From: Auanema rhodensis
Lineage: Eukaryota > Animalia > Nematoda
NCBI GenBank assembly: GCA_964057225.1
Contig: OZ059896.1
Location: forward strand, 1,302,001-1,366,000
Length of the DNA: 64,000 nucleotides
Direction: 5' to 3'
Part shown: one piece after another, positions 12,988-28,078 of the stretch
Position numbering within the stretch: position 1 is the first letter of the stretch
Layout of the letters: each line of letters opens with the position of its first letter
Notes under the pieces: model-generated
Databases searched by the model: none
Told to the model about the DNA's origin: nothing
Seen by the model: the letters and a program-made list of their open reading frames with translations, nothing else
Position numbers and translations under genes: made by a program

Positions 12988-14391
12988 CTTCCAAAAACAT
13001 TTTGACAAAAATTTTTTCGAAAAATTTCAAAATAATTTAGCAAAAAGTAGATGTTTTTAGATTCCTTTTTTCAAGGCAAAAACGATGGACAATGTTATTC
13101 AACGAAAAAATTAATTCTTCAGGGTGAAAATCGAGGATATAGGTGTGAACTTATATCAGTTGATATCTCGGTGCATTTTTAAGCTAGCGGAAATTTGATA
13201 ACACAGATCGACGCAGCTTAAAAATCCGCATCGAATGCACTATACTACATTAAGAGAAGCTTAATACAAAAATTAGTTATGATCGTTTGAAAAATGATGC
13301 ATTAGTGTATGTTGAGTTTCCATGTACACTCAACATTGCTTCCAAAAACATTTTGACAAAAATTTTTTCGAAAAATTTCAAAATAATTTAGCGAAAAGTA
13401 GATGTTTTTAGATTCCTTTTTTTGAGGCAAAAACGATGGACAATGTTATTCAACGAAAAAATTAATTCTTCAGGGTGAAAATCGAGGATATAAGTGTGAA
13501 CTTATATCAGTTGATATCTCGGTGCATTTTCAAGCTAGCGCAAATCTGATAGTACAGATCGACGCAGCTTAAAAATCCGCATCGAATGCACTATACTACA
13601 TTGAGAAACGCTTAATACAAAAATAAGTTATGATCGTTTGAAAAATGATGCATTAGTGTATGTTGAGTTTCCATGTACACTCAAAATTGCTTCCAAAAAC
13701 ATTTTGACAAAAATTTTTTCGAAAAATTTCAAAATAATTTAGCAAAAAGTAGATGTTTTTAGATTCCTTTTTTCAAGGCAAAAACGATGGACAATGTTAT
13801 TCAACGAAAAAATTAATTCTTCAGGGTGAAAATCGAGGATATAGGTGTGAACTTATATCAGTTGATATCTCGGTGCATTTTTAAGCTAGCGGAAATTTGA
13901 TAACACAGATCGACGCAGCTTAAAAATCCGCATCGAATGCACTATACTACATTAAGAGAAGCTTAATACAAAAATTAGTTATGATCGTTTGAAAAATGAT
14001 GCATTAGTGTATGTTGAGTTTCCATGTACACTCAACATTGCTTCCAAAAACATTTTGACAAAAATTTTTTCGAAAAATTTCAAAATAATTTAGCGAAAAG
14101 TAGATGTTTTTAGATTCCTTTTTTTGAGGCAAAAACGATGGACAATGTTATTCAACGAAAAAATTAATTCTTCAGGGTGAAAATCGAGGATATAAGTGTG
14201 AACTTATATCAGTTGATATCTCGGTGCATTTTCAAGCTAGCGCAAATCTGATAGTACAGATCGACGCAGCTTAAAAATCCGCATCGAATGCACTATACTA
14301 CATTGAGAAACGCTTAATACAAAAATTAGTTATGATCGTTTGAAAAATGATGCATTAGTGTATGTTGAGTTTCCATGTACACTCAAAATTG
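12988..14391. repeat. 2-monomer duplication (702 bp): monomers 38-39 and 40-41
   Basis: Private 'cattaagagaagc' at about 13255 and 13957, each followed by a 'tttttttgagg' monomer. Confidence 0.85.
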
Positions 14392-16146
14392 CTTCCAAAA
14401 ACATTTTGACAAAAATTTTTTCAAAAAATTTCAAAATAATTTAGCGAAAAGTAGATGTTTTTAGATTCCTTTTTTCAAGGCAAAAACGATGGACAATGTT
14501 ATTCAACGAAAAAATTAATTCTTCAGGGTGAAAACCGAGGATATAAGTGTGAACTTATATCAGTTGATATCTCGGTGCATTTTTAAGCTAGCGGAAATTT
14601 GATAACACAGATCGACGCAGCTTAAAAATCCGCATTGAATGCACTATACTACATTAAGAAAAGCTTAATACAAAAATTAGTTATGATCGTTTGAAAAATG
14701 ATGCATTAGTGTATGTTGAGTTTCCATGTACACTCAACATTGCTTCCAAAAACATTTTGACAAAAATTTTTTCGAAAAATTTCAAAATAATTTAGCGAAA
14801 AGTAGATGTTTTTAGATTCTTTTTTTCGAGGCAAAAACGATGGACAATGTTATTCAACGAAAAAATTAATTCTTCAGGGTGAAAATCGAGGATATAAGTG
14901 TGAACTTATATCAGTTGATATCTCGGTGCATTTTCAAGCTAGCGCAAATCTGATAGTACAGATCGACGCAGCTTAAAAATCCGCATCGAATGCACTATAC
15001 TACATTGAGAAACGCTTAATACAAAAATTAGTTATGATCGTTTGAAAAATGATGCATTAGTGTATGTTGAGTTTCCATGTACACTCAAAATTGCTTCCAA
15101 AAACATTTTGACAAAAATTTTTTCAAAAAATTTCAAAATAATTTAGCGAAAAGTAGATGTTTTTAGATTCCTTTTTTCAAGGCAAAAACGATGGACAATG
15201 TTATTCAACGAAAAAATTAATTCTTCAGGGTGAAAATCGAGGATATAGGTGTGAACTTATATCAGTTGATATCTCGGTGCATTTTTAAGCTAGCGCAAAT
15301 CTGATAGTACAGATCGACGCAGCTTAATAATCCGCATCGAATGCACTATACTACATTGAGAAACGCTTAATACAAAAATTAGTTATGATCTTTTGAAAAA
15401 TGATGCATTAGTGTATGTTGAGTTTCCATGTACACTCAAAATTGCTTCCAAAAACATTTTGACAAAAATTTTTTCGAAAAATTTCAAAATAATTTAGCAA
15501 AAAGTAGATGTTTTTAGATTCCTTTTTTCGAGGCAAAAACGATGGACAATGTTATTCAACGAAAAAATCAATTCTTCATTGTGAAAATCGAGGACATAAG
15601 TGTGAACTTATATCAGTTGATATCTCGGTGCATTTTCGAGCTAGCGCAAATCTGATAGTACAGATCGACGCAGCTTAAAAATCCGCATCGAATGCACTAT
15701 ACTACATTGAGAAACGCTTAATACAAAAATAAGTTATGATCGTTTGAAAAATGATGCATTAGTGTATGTTGAGTTTCCATGTACACTCCAAATTGCTTCC
15801 AAAAACATTTTGACAAAAATTTTTTCGAAAAATTTCAAAATAATTTAGCGAAAAGTAGATGTTTTTAGATTCCTTTTTTCGAGGCAAAAACGATGGACAA
15901 TGTTATTCAACGAAAAAATTAATTCTTCAGGGTGAAAACCGAGGATATAAGTGTGAACTTATATCAGTTGATATCTCGGTGCATTTTTAAGCTAGCGGAA
16001 ATTTGATAACACAGATCGACGCAGCTTAAAAATCCGCATCGAATGCACTATACTACATTAAGAAAAGCTTAATACAAAAATTAGTTATGATCGTTTGAAA
16101 AATGATGCATTAGTGTATGTTGAGTTTCCATGTACACTCAACATTG

Positions 16147-18252
16147 CTTCCAAAAACATTTTGACAAAAATTTTTTCGAAAAATTTCAAAATAATTTAGC
16201 GAAAAGTAGATGTTTTTAGATTCCTTTTTTCGAGGCAAAAACGATGGACAATGTTATTCAACGAAAAAATTAATTCTTCAGGGTGAAAATCGAGGATATA
16301 AGTGTGAACTTATATCAGTTGATATCTCGGTGCATTTTCAAGCTAGCGCAAATCTGATAGTACAGATCGACGCAGCTTAAAAATCCGCATCGAATGCACT
16401 ATACTACATTGAGAGACGCTTAATACAAAAATTAGTTATGATCGTTTGAAAAATGATGCATTAGTGTATGTTGAGTTTCCATGTACACTCAAAATTGCTT
16501 CCAAAAACATTTTGACAAAAATTTTTTCAAAAAATTTCAAAATAATTTAGCAAAAAGTAGATGTTTTTAGATTCCTTTTTTCAAGGCAAAAACGATGGAC
16601 AATGTTATTCAACGAAAAAATTAATTCTTCAGGGTGAAAATCGAGGATATAGGTGTGAACTTATATCAGTTGATATCTCGGTGCATTTTCAAGCTAGCGC
16701 AAATCTGATAGTACAGATCGACGCAGCTTAAAAATCCGCATCGAATGCACTATACTACATTGAGAAACGCTTAATACAAAATTTAGTTATGATCGTTTGA
16801 AAAATGATGCATTAGTGTATGTTGAGTTTCCATGTACACTCAACATTGCTTCCAAAAACATTTTGACAAAACTTTTTTCGAAAAATTTCAAAATAATTTA
16901 GCGAAAAGTAGATGTTTTTAGATTCCTTTTTTCAAGGCAAAAACGAAGGACAATGTAATTCAACGAAAAAATTAATTCTTCAGGGTGAAAATCGAGGATA
17001 TAAGTGTGAACTTATATCAGTTCATATCTCGGTGCATTTTCAAGCTAGCGCAAATCTGATAGTACAGATCGACGCAGCTTAAAAATCCGCATCGAATGCA
17101 CTATACTACATTGAGAAACGCTTAATACAAAAATTAGTTATGATCGTTTGAAAAATGATGCATTAGTGTATGTTGAGTTTCCATGTACACTCAACATTGC
17201 TTCCAAAAACATTTTGACAAAAATTTTTTCGAAAAATTTCAAAATAATTTAGCGAAAAGTAGATGTTTTTAGATTCCTTTTTTCGAGGCAAAAACGATGG
17301 ACAATGTTATTCAACGAAAAAATTAATTCTTCAGGGTGAAAATCGAGGATATAAGTGTGAACTTATATCAGTTGATATCTCGGTGCATTTTCAAGCTAGC
17401 GCAAATCTGATAGTACAGATCGACGCAGCTTAAAAATCCGCATCGAATGCACTATACTACATTGAGAGACGCTTAATACAAAAATTAGTTATGATCGTTT
17501 GAAAAATGATGCATTAGTGTATGTTGAGTTTCCATGTACACTCAAAATTGCTTCCAAAAACATTTTGACAAAAATTTTTTCAAAAAATTTCAAAATAATT
17601 TAGCAAAAAGTAGATGTTTTTAGATTCCTTTTTTCAAGGCAAAAACGATGGACAATGTTATTCAACGAAAAAATTAATTCTTCAGGGTGAAAATCGAGGA
17701 TATAGGTGTGAACTTATATCAGTTGATATCTCGGTGCATTTTCAAGCTAGCGCAAATCTGATAGTACAGATCGACGCAGCTTAAAAATCCGCATCGAATG
17801 CACTATACTACATTGAGAAACGCTTAATACAAAATTTAGTTATGATCGTTTGAAAAATGATGCATTAGTGTATGTTGAGTTTCCATGTACACTCAACATT
17901 GCTTCCAAAAACATTTTGACAAAACTTTTTTCGAAAAATTTCAAAATAATTTAGCGAAAAGTAGATGTTTTTAGATTCCTTTTTTCAAGGCAAAAACGAA
18001 GGACAATGTAATTCAACGAAAAAATTAATTCTTCAGGGTGAAAATCGAGGATATAAGTGTGAACTTATATCAGTTCATATCTCGGTGCATTTTCAAGCTA
18101 GCGCAAATCTGATAACACAGATCGACGCAGCTTAAAAATCCGCATCGAATGCACTATACTACATTGAGAAACGCTTAATACAAAATTTAGTTATGATCGT
18201 TTGAAAAATGATGCATTAGTGTATGTTGAGTTTCCATGTACACTCAACATTG
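16147..18252. repeat. 3-monomer duplication (1053 bp): monomers 47-49 and 50-52
   Basis: 'gagagacgc' at 16415 and 17468; 'acaaaacttttt' at 16872 and 17925. Confidence 0.88.
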
Positions 18253-20356
18253 CTTCCAAAAACATTTTGACAAAAATGTTTTCGAAAAATTTCAAAATAA
18301 TTTAGCGAAAAGTAGATGTTTTTAGATTCCTTTTTTCAAGGCAAAAACGATGGACAATGTTATTCAACGAAAAAATTAATTCTTCAGGGTGAAAATCGAA
18401 AATATAAGTGTGAACTTATATCAGTTGATATCTCGGTGCATTTTTCAGCTAGCGCAAATCTGATAACACAGATCGACGCAGCTTAAAAATCCGCATCGAA
18501 TGCACTATACTACATTGAGAAACGCTTAATACAAAATTTAGTTATGATCGTTTGAAAAATGATGCATTAGTGTATGTTGAGTTTCCATGTACACTCAACA
18601 TTGCTTCCAAAAACATTTTGACAAAAATGTTTTCGAAAAATTTCAAAATAATTTAGCGAAAAGTAGATGTTTTTAGATTCCTTTTTTCAAGGCAAAAACG
18701 AAGGACAATGTAATTCAACGAAAAAATTAATTCTTCAGGGTGAAAATCGAGGATATAAGTGTGAACTTATATCAGTTCATATCTCGGTGCATTTTCAAGC
18801 TAGCGCAAATCTGATAGTACAGATCGACGCAGCTTAAAAATCCGCATCGAATGCACTATACTACATTGAGAAACGCTTAATACAAAAATTAGTTATGATC
18901 GTTTGAAAAATGATGCATTAGTGTATGTTGAGTTTCCATGTACACTCAACATTGCTTCCAAAAACATTTTGACAAAAATTTTTTCGAAAATTTCAAAATA
19001 ATTTAGCGAAAAGTAGATGTTTTTAGATTCCTTTTTTCGAGGCAAAAACGATGGACAATGTTATTCAACGAAAAAATTAATTCTTCAGGGTGAAAATCGA
19101 AAATATAAGTGTGAACTTATATCAGTTGATATCTCGGTGCATTTTTCAGCTAGCGCAAATCTGATAACACAGATCGACGCAGCTTAAAAATCCGCATCGA
19201 ATGCACTATACTACATTGAGAAACGCTTAATACAAAATTTAGTTATGATCGTTTGAAAAATGATGCATTAGTGTATGTTGAGTTTCCATGTACACTCAAC
19301 ATTGCTTCCAAAAACATTTTGACAAAAATGTTTTCGAAAAATTTCAAAATAATTTAGCGAAAAGTAGATGTTTTTAGATTCCTTTTTTCAAGGCAAAAAC
19401 GATGGACAATGTTATTCAACGAAAAAATTAATTCTTCAGGGTGAAAATCGAAAATATAAGTGTGAACTTATATCAGTTGATATCTCGGTGCATTTTTCAG
19501 CTAGCGCAAATCTGATAACACAGATCGACGCAGCTTAAAAATCCGCATCGAATGCACTATACTACATTGAGAAACGCTTAATACAAAATTTAGTTATGAT
19601 CGTTTGAAAAATGATGCATTAGTGTATGTTGAGTTTCCATGTACACTCAACATTGCTTCCAAAAACATTTTGACAAAAATGTTTTCGAAAAATTTCAAAA
19701 TAATTTAGCGAAAAGTAGATGTTTTTAGATTCCTTTTTTCAAGGCAAAAACGAAGGACAATGTAATTCAACGAAAAAATTAATTCTTCAGGGTGAAAATC
19801 GAGGATATAAGTGTGAACTTATATCAGTTCATATCTCGGTGCATTTTCAAGCTAGCGCAAATCTGATAGTACAGATCGACGCAGCTTAAAAATCCGCATC
19901 GAATGCACTATACTACATTGAGAAACGCTTAATACAAAAATTAGTTATGATCGTTTGAAAAATGATGCATTAGTGTATGTTGAGTTTCCATGTACACTCA
20001 ACATTGCTTCCAAAAACATTTTGACAAAAATTTTTTCGAAAATTTCAAAATAATTTAGCGAAAAGTAGATGTTTTTAGATTCCTTTTTTCGAGGCAAAAA
20101 CGATGGACAATGTTATTCAACGAAAAAATTAATTCTTCAGGGTGAAAATCGAAAATATAAGTGTGAACTTATATCAGTTGATATCTCGGTGCATTTTTAA
20201 GCTAGCGGAAATTTGATAACACAGATCGACGCAGCTTAAAAATCCGCATTGAATGCACTATACTACATTAAGAAAAGCTTAATACAAAAATTAGTTATGA
20301 TCGTTTGAAAAATGATGCATTAGTGTATGTTGAGTTTCCATGTACACTCAACATTG
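18253..20356. repeat. 3-monomer duplication (1052 bp): monomers 53-55 and 56-58
   Basis: 'aaaatgttttcg' in monomers 53, 54, 56 and 57; 'atcgaaaatat' variants; 1-bp deletion 'cgaaaatttc' in monomers 55 and 58. Confidence 0.88.
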
Positions 20357-23300
20357 CTTCCAAAAACATTTTGACAAAAATTTTTTCGAAAAATTTCAAA
20401 ATAATTTAGCGAAAAGTAGATGTTTTTAGATTCCTTTTTTCAAGGCAAAGACGATAGACAATGTTATTCAACGAAAAAATTAATTCTTTAGGGTGAAAAT
20501 CGAGGATATAAGTGTGAACTTATATCAGTTCATATCTCGGTGCATTTTTAAGCTAGCGCAAATCTGATCACACAGATCGACGCAGCTTAAAAATCCGCAT
20601 CGAATGCACTATACTACATTGAGAAACGCTTGATACACAAATTAGTTATGATCGTTTGAAAAATGATGCATTAGTGTATGTTGAGTTTCCATGTACACTC
20701 AACATTGCTTCCAAAAACATTTTGACAAAAATTTTTTCGAAAAATTTCAAAAGAATTTAGCAAAAAGTAGATGTTTTTAGATTCCATTTTTCAAGGCAAA
20801 GACGATGGACAATGTTATTCAACGAAAAAATTATTTCTTCAGGGTAAAAATCGAGGATATAAGTGTGAACTTATATCAGTTGATATCTCGGTGCATTTTT
20901 AAGCTAGCGCAAATCTGATAACACAGATCGACGCAGCTTAAAAATCCGCATCGAATGCATTATACTACATTGAGAAACGTTTGATACAAAAAATAGTTAT
21001 GATCGTTTGAAAAATGATGCATTAGTGTATGTTGAGTTTCCATGTACACTCAACATTGCTTCCAAAAACATTTTGACAAAAATTTTTTCGAAAAATTTCA
21101 AGAGAATTTAGCAAAAAGTAGATGTTTTTAGATTCCATTTTTCAAGGCAAAGACGATAGGCAATGTTATTCAACGAAAAAATTAATTCTTTAGGGTGAAA
21201 ATCGAGGATATAAGTGTGAACTTATATCAGTTGATATTTCGGTGCATTTTTAAGCTAGCGCAAATCTGATAACACAGATCGACGCAGCTTAAAAATCCGC
21301 ATCGAATGCACTCTACTACATTGAAAAACGCTTAATACAAAAATTAGTTATGATCGTTTGAAAAATGATGCATTAGTGTATGTTGAGTTTCCATGTACAC
21401 TCAACATTGCTTCCAAAAACATTTTGACAAAAATTTTTTCGGAAAATTTCAAAAGAATTTAGCAAAAAGTAGATGTTTTTAGATTCCATTATTCAAGGCA
21501 AAGACGATGGACAATGTTATTCAACGAAAAAATTATTTCTTCAGGGTGAAAATCAAGGATATAAGTGTGAACTTATATCAGTTGATATATCGGTGCACTT
21601 TTAAGCTAGCGCAAATCTGATAAAACAGATCGACGCAGCTTAAAAATCCGCATCGAATGCACTATACTACATTGAGAAACGCTTGATACAAAAAATAGTT
21701 ATGATCGTTTGAAAAATGATGCATTAGTGTATGTTGAGTTTCCATGTACACTCAATATTGCTTCCAAAAACATTTTGACAAAAATTTTTTCGAAAAATTT
21801 CAAGAGAATTTAGCAAAAAGTAGATGTTTTTAGATTCCATTTTTCAAGGCAAAGACGATAGACAATGTTATTCAACGAAAAAATTATTTCTTCAGGGTGA
21901 AAATCGAGGATATAGGTGTGAACTTATATCAGTTGATATCTCGGTGCATTTTTAAGCTAGCGCAAATCTGATAGTACAGATCGACGCAGCTTAATAATCC
22001 GCATCGAATGCACTATACTACATTGAGAAATGCTTAATACAAAAATTAGTTATGATCTTTTGAAAAATGATGCATTAGTGTATGTTGAGTTTCCATGTAC
22101 ACTCAATATTGCTTCCAAAAACATTTTGACAAAAATTTTTTCGAAAAATTTCAAGAGAATTTAGCAAAAAGTAGATGTTTTTAGATTCCATTTTTCAAGG
22201 CAAAGACGATAGACAATGTTATTCAACGAAAACATTAATTCTTTAGGGTGAAAATCGAGGATATAAGTGTGAACTTATATCAGTTGATATCTCGGTGCAT
22301 TTTCGAGCTAGCGCAAATCTGATAGTACAGATCGACGCAGCTTAATAATCCGCATCGAATGCACTATACTACATTGAGAAACGCTTAATACAAAAATTAG
22401 TTATGATCTTTTGAAAAATGATGCATTAGTGTATGTTGAGTTTCCATGTACACTCAATATTGCTTCCAAAAACATTTTGACAAAAATTTTTTCGAAAAAT
22501 TTCAAGAGAATTTAGCAAAAAGTAGATGTTTTTAGATTCCATTTTTCAAGGCAAAGACGATAGACAATGTTATTCAACGAAAACATTAATTCTTTAGGGT
22601 GAAAATCGAGGATATAAGTGTGAACTTATATCAGTTGATATCTCGGTGCATTTTCGAGCTAGCGCAAATCTGATAGTACAGATCGACGCAGCTTAATAAT
22701 CCGCATCGAATGCACTATACTACATTGAGAAACGCTTAATACAAAAATTAGTTATGATCTTTTGAAAAATGATGCATTAGTGTATGTTGAGTTTCCATGT
22801 ACACTCAATATTGCTTCCAAAAACATTTTGACAAAAATTTTTTCGAAAAATTTCAAGAGAATTTAGCAAAAAGTAGATGTTTTTAGATTCCATTTTTCAA
22901 GGCAAAGACGATAGACAATGTTATTCAACGAAAACATTAATTCTTTAGGGTGAAAATCGAGGATATAAGTGTGAACTTATATCAGTTGATATCTCGGTGC
23001 ATTTTCGAGCTAGCGCAAATCTGATAGTACAGATCGACGCAGCTTAAAAATCCGCATCGAATGCACTATACTACATTGAGAAACGCTTAATACAAAAATA
23101 AGTTATGATCGTTTGAAAAATGATGCATTAGTGTATGTTGAGTTTCCATGTACACTCAACATTGCTTCCAAAAACATTTTGACAAAAATTTTTTCGAAAA
23201 ATTTCAAAAGAATTTAGCAAAAAGTAGATGTTTTTAGATTCCATTATTCAAGGCAAAGACGATGGACAATGTTATTCAACGAAAAAATTATTTCTTCAGG

Positions 23301-26300
23301 GTGAAAATCAAGGATATAAGTGTGAACTTATATCAGTTGATATCTCGGTGCATTTTTAAGCTAGCGCAAATCTGATAAAACAGATCGACGCAGCTTAAAA
23401 ATCCGCATCGAATGCACTATACTACATTGAGAAACGCTTGATACAAAAAATAGTTATGATCGTTTGAAAAATGATGCATTAGTGTATGTTGAGTTTCCAT
23501 GTACACTCAATATTGCTTCCAAAAACATTTTGACAAAAATTTTTTCGAAAAATTTCAAGAGAATTTAGCAAAAAGTAGATGTTTTTAGATTCCATTTTTC
23601 AAGGCAAAGACGATAGACAATGTTATTCAACGAAAAAATTATTTCTTCAGGGTGAAAATCGAGGATATAGGTGTGAACTTATATCAGTTGATATCTCGGT
23701 GCATTTTTAAGCTAGCGCAAATCTGATAGTACAGATCGACGCAGCTTAATAATCCGCATCGAATGCACTATACTACATTGAGAAATGCTTAATACAAAAA
23801 TTAGTTATGATCTTTTGAAAAATGATGCATTAGTGTATGTTGAGTTTCCATGTACACTCAATATTGCTTCCAAAAACATTTTGACAAAAATTTTTTCGAA
23901 AAATTTCAAGAGAATTTAGCAAAAAGTAGATGTTTTTAGATTCCATTTTTCAAGGCAAAGACGATAGACAATGTTATTCAACGAAAACATTAATTCTTTA
24001 GGGTGAAAATCGAGGATATAAGTGTGAACTTATATCAGTTGATATCTCGGTGCATTTTCGAGCTAGCGCAAATCTGATAGTACAGATCGACGCAGCTTAA
24101 TAATCCGCATCGAATGCACTATACTACATTGAGAAACGCTTAATACAAAAATTAGTTATGATCTTTTGAAAAATGATGCATTAGTGTATGTTGAGTTTCC
24201 ATGTACACTCAATATTGCTTCCAAAAACATTTTGACAAAAATTTTTTCGAAAAATTTCAAGAGAATTTAGCAAAAAGTAGATGTTTTTAGATTCCATTTT
24301 TCAAGGCAAAGACGATAGACAATGTTATTCAACAAAAACATTAATTCTTTAGGGTGAAAATCGAGGATATAAGTGTGAACTTATATCAGTTGATATCTCG
24401 GTGCATTTTCGAGCTAGCGCAAATCTGATAGTACAGATCGACGCAGCTTAATAATCCGCATCGAATGCACTATACTACATTGAGAAACGCTTAATACAAA
24501 AATTAGTTATGATCTTTTGAAAAATGATGCATTAGTGTATGTTGAGTTTCCATGTACACTCAATATTGCTTCCAAAAACATTTTGACAAAAATTTTTTCG
24601 AAAAATTTCAAGAGAATTTAGCAAAAAGTAGATGTTTTTAGATTCCATTTTTCAAGGCAAAGACGATAGACAATGTTATTCAACGAAAACATTAATTCTT
24701 TAGGGTGAAAATCGAGGATATAAGTGTGAACTTATATCAGTTGATATCTCGGTGCATTTTCGAGCTAGCGCAAATCTGATAGTACAGATCGACGCAGCTT
24801 GAAAATCCGCATCGAATGCACTATACTACATTGAGAAACGCTTAATACAAAAATAAGTTATGATCGTTTGAAAAATGATGCATTAGTGTATGTTGAGTTT
24901 CCATGTACACTCAAAATTGCTTCCAAAAACATTTTGACAAAAATTTTTTCGAAAAATTTCAAAATAATTTAGCAAAAAGTAGATGTTTTTAGATTTCTTT
25001 TTTCAAGGCAAAGACGATGGACAATGTTATTCAACGAAAAAATTATTTCTTCAGGGTGAAAATCGAGGATATAAGTGTGAACTTATAGCAGTTGATATCT
25101 CGGTGCATTTTTAAGCTAGCGCAAATCTGATAACACAGATCGACGCAGCTTAAAAATCCGCATCGAATGCACTATACTACATTGAGAAACGCTTGATACA
25201 AAAATTAGTTATGATCGTTTGAAAAATGATGCATTAGTGTATGTTGAGTTTCCATGTACACTCAACATTGCTTCCAAAAACATTTTGACAAAAATTTTTT
25301 CAAAAAATTTCAAAAGATTTTAGCAAAAAGTAGATGTTTTTAGATTCCATTTTTAAAGGCAAAGACGATAGACAATGTTATTCAACGAAAAAATTAATTC
25401 TTTAGGGTGAAAATCGAGGATATAAGTGTGAACTTATATCAGTTGATATCTCGGTGCATTTTCGAGCTAGCGCAAATCTGATAGTACAGATCGACGCAGC
25501 TTAAAAATCCGCATCGAATGCACTATACTACATTGAGAAACGCTTAATACACAAATTAGTTATGATCGTTTGAAAAATGATGCATTAGTGTATGTTGAGT
25601 TTCCATGTACACTCAATATTGCTTCCAAAAACATTTTGACAAAAATTTTTTCGAAAAATTTCAAAATAATTTAGCAAAAAGTAGATGTTTTTAGATTCCT
25701 TTTTTCGAGGCAAAGACGATGGACAATGTTATTCAACGAAAAAATTAATTCTTCAGGGTGAAAATCGAGGATATAAGTGTGAACTTATATCAGTTGATAT
25801 CTCGGTGCATTTTCAAGCTAGCGCAAATCTGATAGTACAGATCGACGCAGCTTAAAAATCCGCATCGAATGCACTATACTACATTGAGAAACGCTTAATA
25901 CAAAAATTAGTTATGATCGTTTGAAAAATGATGCATTAGTGTATGTTGAGTTTCCATGTACATTCAAAATTGCTTCCAAAAACATTTTGACAAAAATTTT
26001 TTCAAAAAATTTCAAAATAATTCAGCGAAAAGTAGATGTTTTTAGATTCCTTTTTTCAAGGCAAAAACGATGGACAATGTTATTCAACGAAAAAATTAAT
26101 TCTTCAGGGTGAAAACCGAGGATATAAGTGTGAACTTATATCAGTTGATATCTCGGTGCATTTTTAAGCTAGCGGAAATTTGATAACACAGATCGACGCA
26201 GCTTAAAAATCCGCATTGAATGCACTATACTACATTAAGAAACGCTTAATACAAAAATTAGTTATGATCGTTTGAAAAATGATGCATTAGTGTATGTTGA

Positions 26301-28078
26301 GTTTCCATGTACACTCAAAATTGCTTCCAAAAACATTTTGACAAAAATTTTTTCAAAAAATTTCAGAATAATTTAGCGAAAAGTAGATGTTTTTAGATTC
26401 CTTTTTTCAAGGCAAAAACGATGGACAATGTTATTCAACGAAAAAATTAATTCTTCAGGGTGAAAATCGAGGATATAGGTGTGAACTTATATCAGTTGAT
26501 ATCTCGGTGCATTTTTAAGCTAGCGCAAATCTGATAGTACAGATCGACGCAGCTTAATAATCCGCATCGAATGCACTATACTACATTGAGAAACGCTTAA
26601 TACAAAAATTAGTTATGATCTTTTGAAAAATGATGCATTAGTGTATGTTGAGTTTCCATGTACACTCAAAATTGCTTCCAAAAACATTTTGACAAAAATT
26701 TTTTCGAAAAATTTCAAAATAATTTAGCAAAAAGTAGATGTTTTTAGATTCCTTTTTTCGAGGCAAAAACGATGGACAATGTTATTCAACGAAAAAATTA
26801 ATTCTTCAGGGTGAAAATCGAGGATATAAGTGTGAACTTATATCAGTTGATATCTCGGTGCATTTTCGAGCTAGCGCAAATCTGATAGTACAGATCGACG
26901 CAGCTTAAAAATTCGCATCGAATGCACTATACTACATTGAGAAACGCTTAATACAAAAATAAGTTATGATCGTTTGAAAAATGATGCATTAGTGTATGTT
27001 GAGTTTCCATGTACACTCAAAATTGCTTCCAAAAACATTTTGACAAAAATTTTTTCGAAAAATTTCAAAATAATTTAGCAAAAAGTAGATGTTTTTAGAT
27101 TTCTTTTTTCAAGGCAAAGACGATGGACAATGTTATTCAACGAAAAAATTATTTCTTCAGGGTGAAAATCGAGGATATAAGTGTGAACTTATAGCAGTTG
27201 ATATCTCGGTGCATTTTTAAGCTAGCGCAAATCTGATAACACAGATCGACGCAGCTTAAAAATCCGCATCGAATGCACTATACTACATTGAGAAACGCTT
27301 GATACAAAAATTAGTTATGATCGTTTGAAAAATGATGCATTAGTGTATGTTGAGTTTCCATGTACACTCAACATTGCTTCCAAAAACATTTTGACAAAAA
27401 TTTTTTCAAAAAATTTCAAAAGATTTTAGCAAAAAGTAGATGTTTTTAGATTCCATTTTTAAAGGCAAAGACGATAGACAATGTTATTCAACGAAAAAAT
27501 TAATTCTTTAGGGTGAAAATCGAGGATATAAGTGTGAACTTATATCAGTTGATATCTCGGTGCATTTTCGAGCTAGCGCAAATCTGATAGTACAGATCGA
27601 CGCAGCTTAAAAATCCGCATCGAATGCACTATACTACATTGAGAAACGCTTAATACACAAATTAGTTATGATCGTTTGAAAAATGATGCATTAGTGTATG
27701 TTGAGTTTCCATGTACACTCAATATTGCTTCCAAAAACATTTTGACAAAAATTTTTTCGAAAAATTTCAAAATAATTTAGCAAAAAGTAGATGTTTTTAG
27801 ATTCCTTTTTTCGAGGCAAAGACGATGGACAATGTTATTCAACGAAAAAATTAATTCTTCAGGGTGAAAATCGAGGATATAAGTGTGAACTTATATCAGT
27901 TGATATCTCGGTGCATTTTCAAGCTAGCGCAAATCTGATAGTACAGATCGACGCAGCTTAAAAATCCGCATCGAATGCACTATACTACATTGAGAAACGC
28001 TTAATACAAAAATTAGTTATGATCGTTTGAAAAATGATGCATTAGTGTATGTTGAGTTTCCATGTACATTCAAAATTG
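20357..28078. repeat. Diverged subfamily domain of the satellite (dense in monomers 59-74, copied again in 78-80)
   Basis: Variants essentially confined here: 'gcaaagacgat', 'ttctttaggg', 'tcaa(a/g)agaattt', 'aattatttcttc', 'cgcttgatac', 'actcaatatt', 'aaaacattaatt'. Confidence 0.9.
21410..24919. repeat. 5-mer duplication (1755 bp): monomers 62-66 and 67-71, each containing a near-identical monomer triplet
   Basis: 'ttccattattcaagg' with 'aatcaaggat' in 62 and 67; 'gagaaatgctt' in 63 and 68; 'aaaacattaattcttta' in 64-66 and 69-71. Confidence 0.9.

Noticed and set aside
25921-26112. 63-aa ORF (also at 57854 and 61363)
   Set aside because: TTG start, created by a single TAG>CAG change ('taattcagcg'). 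The sister HOR copy (monomer 81) keeps the stop.
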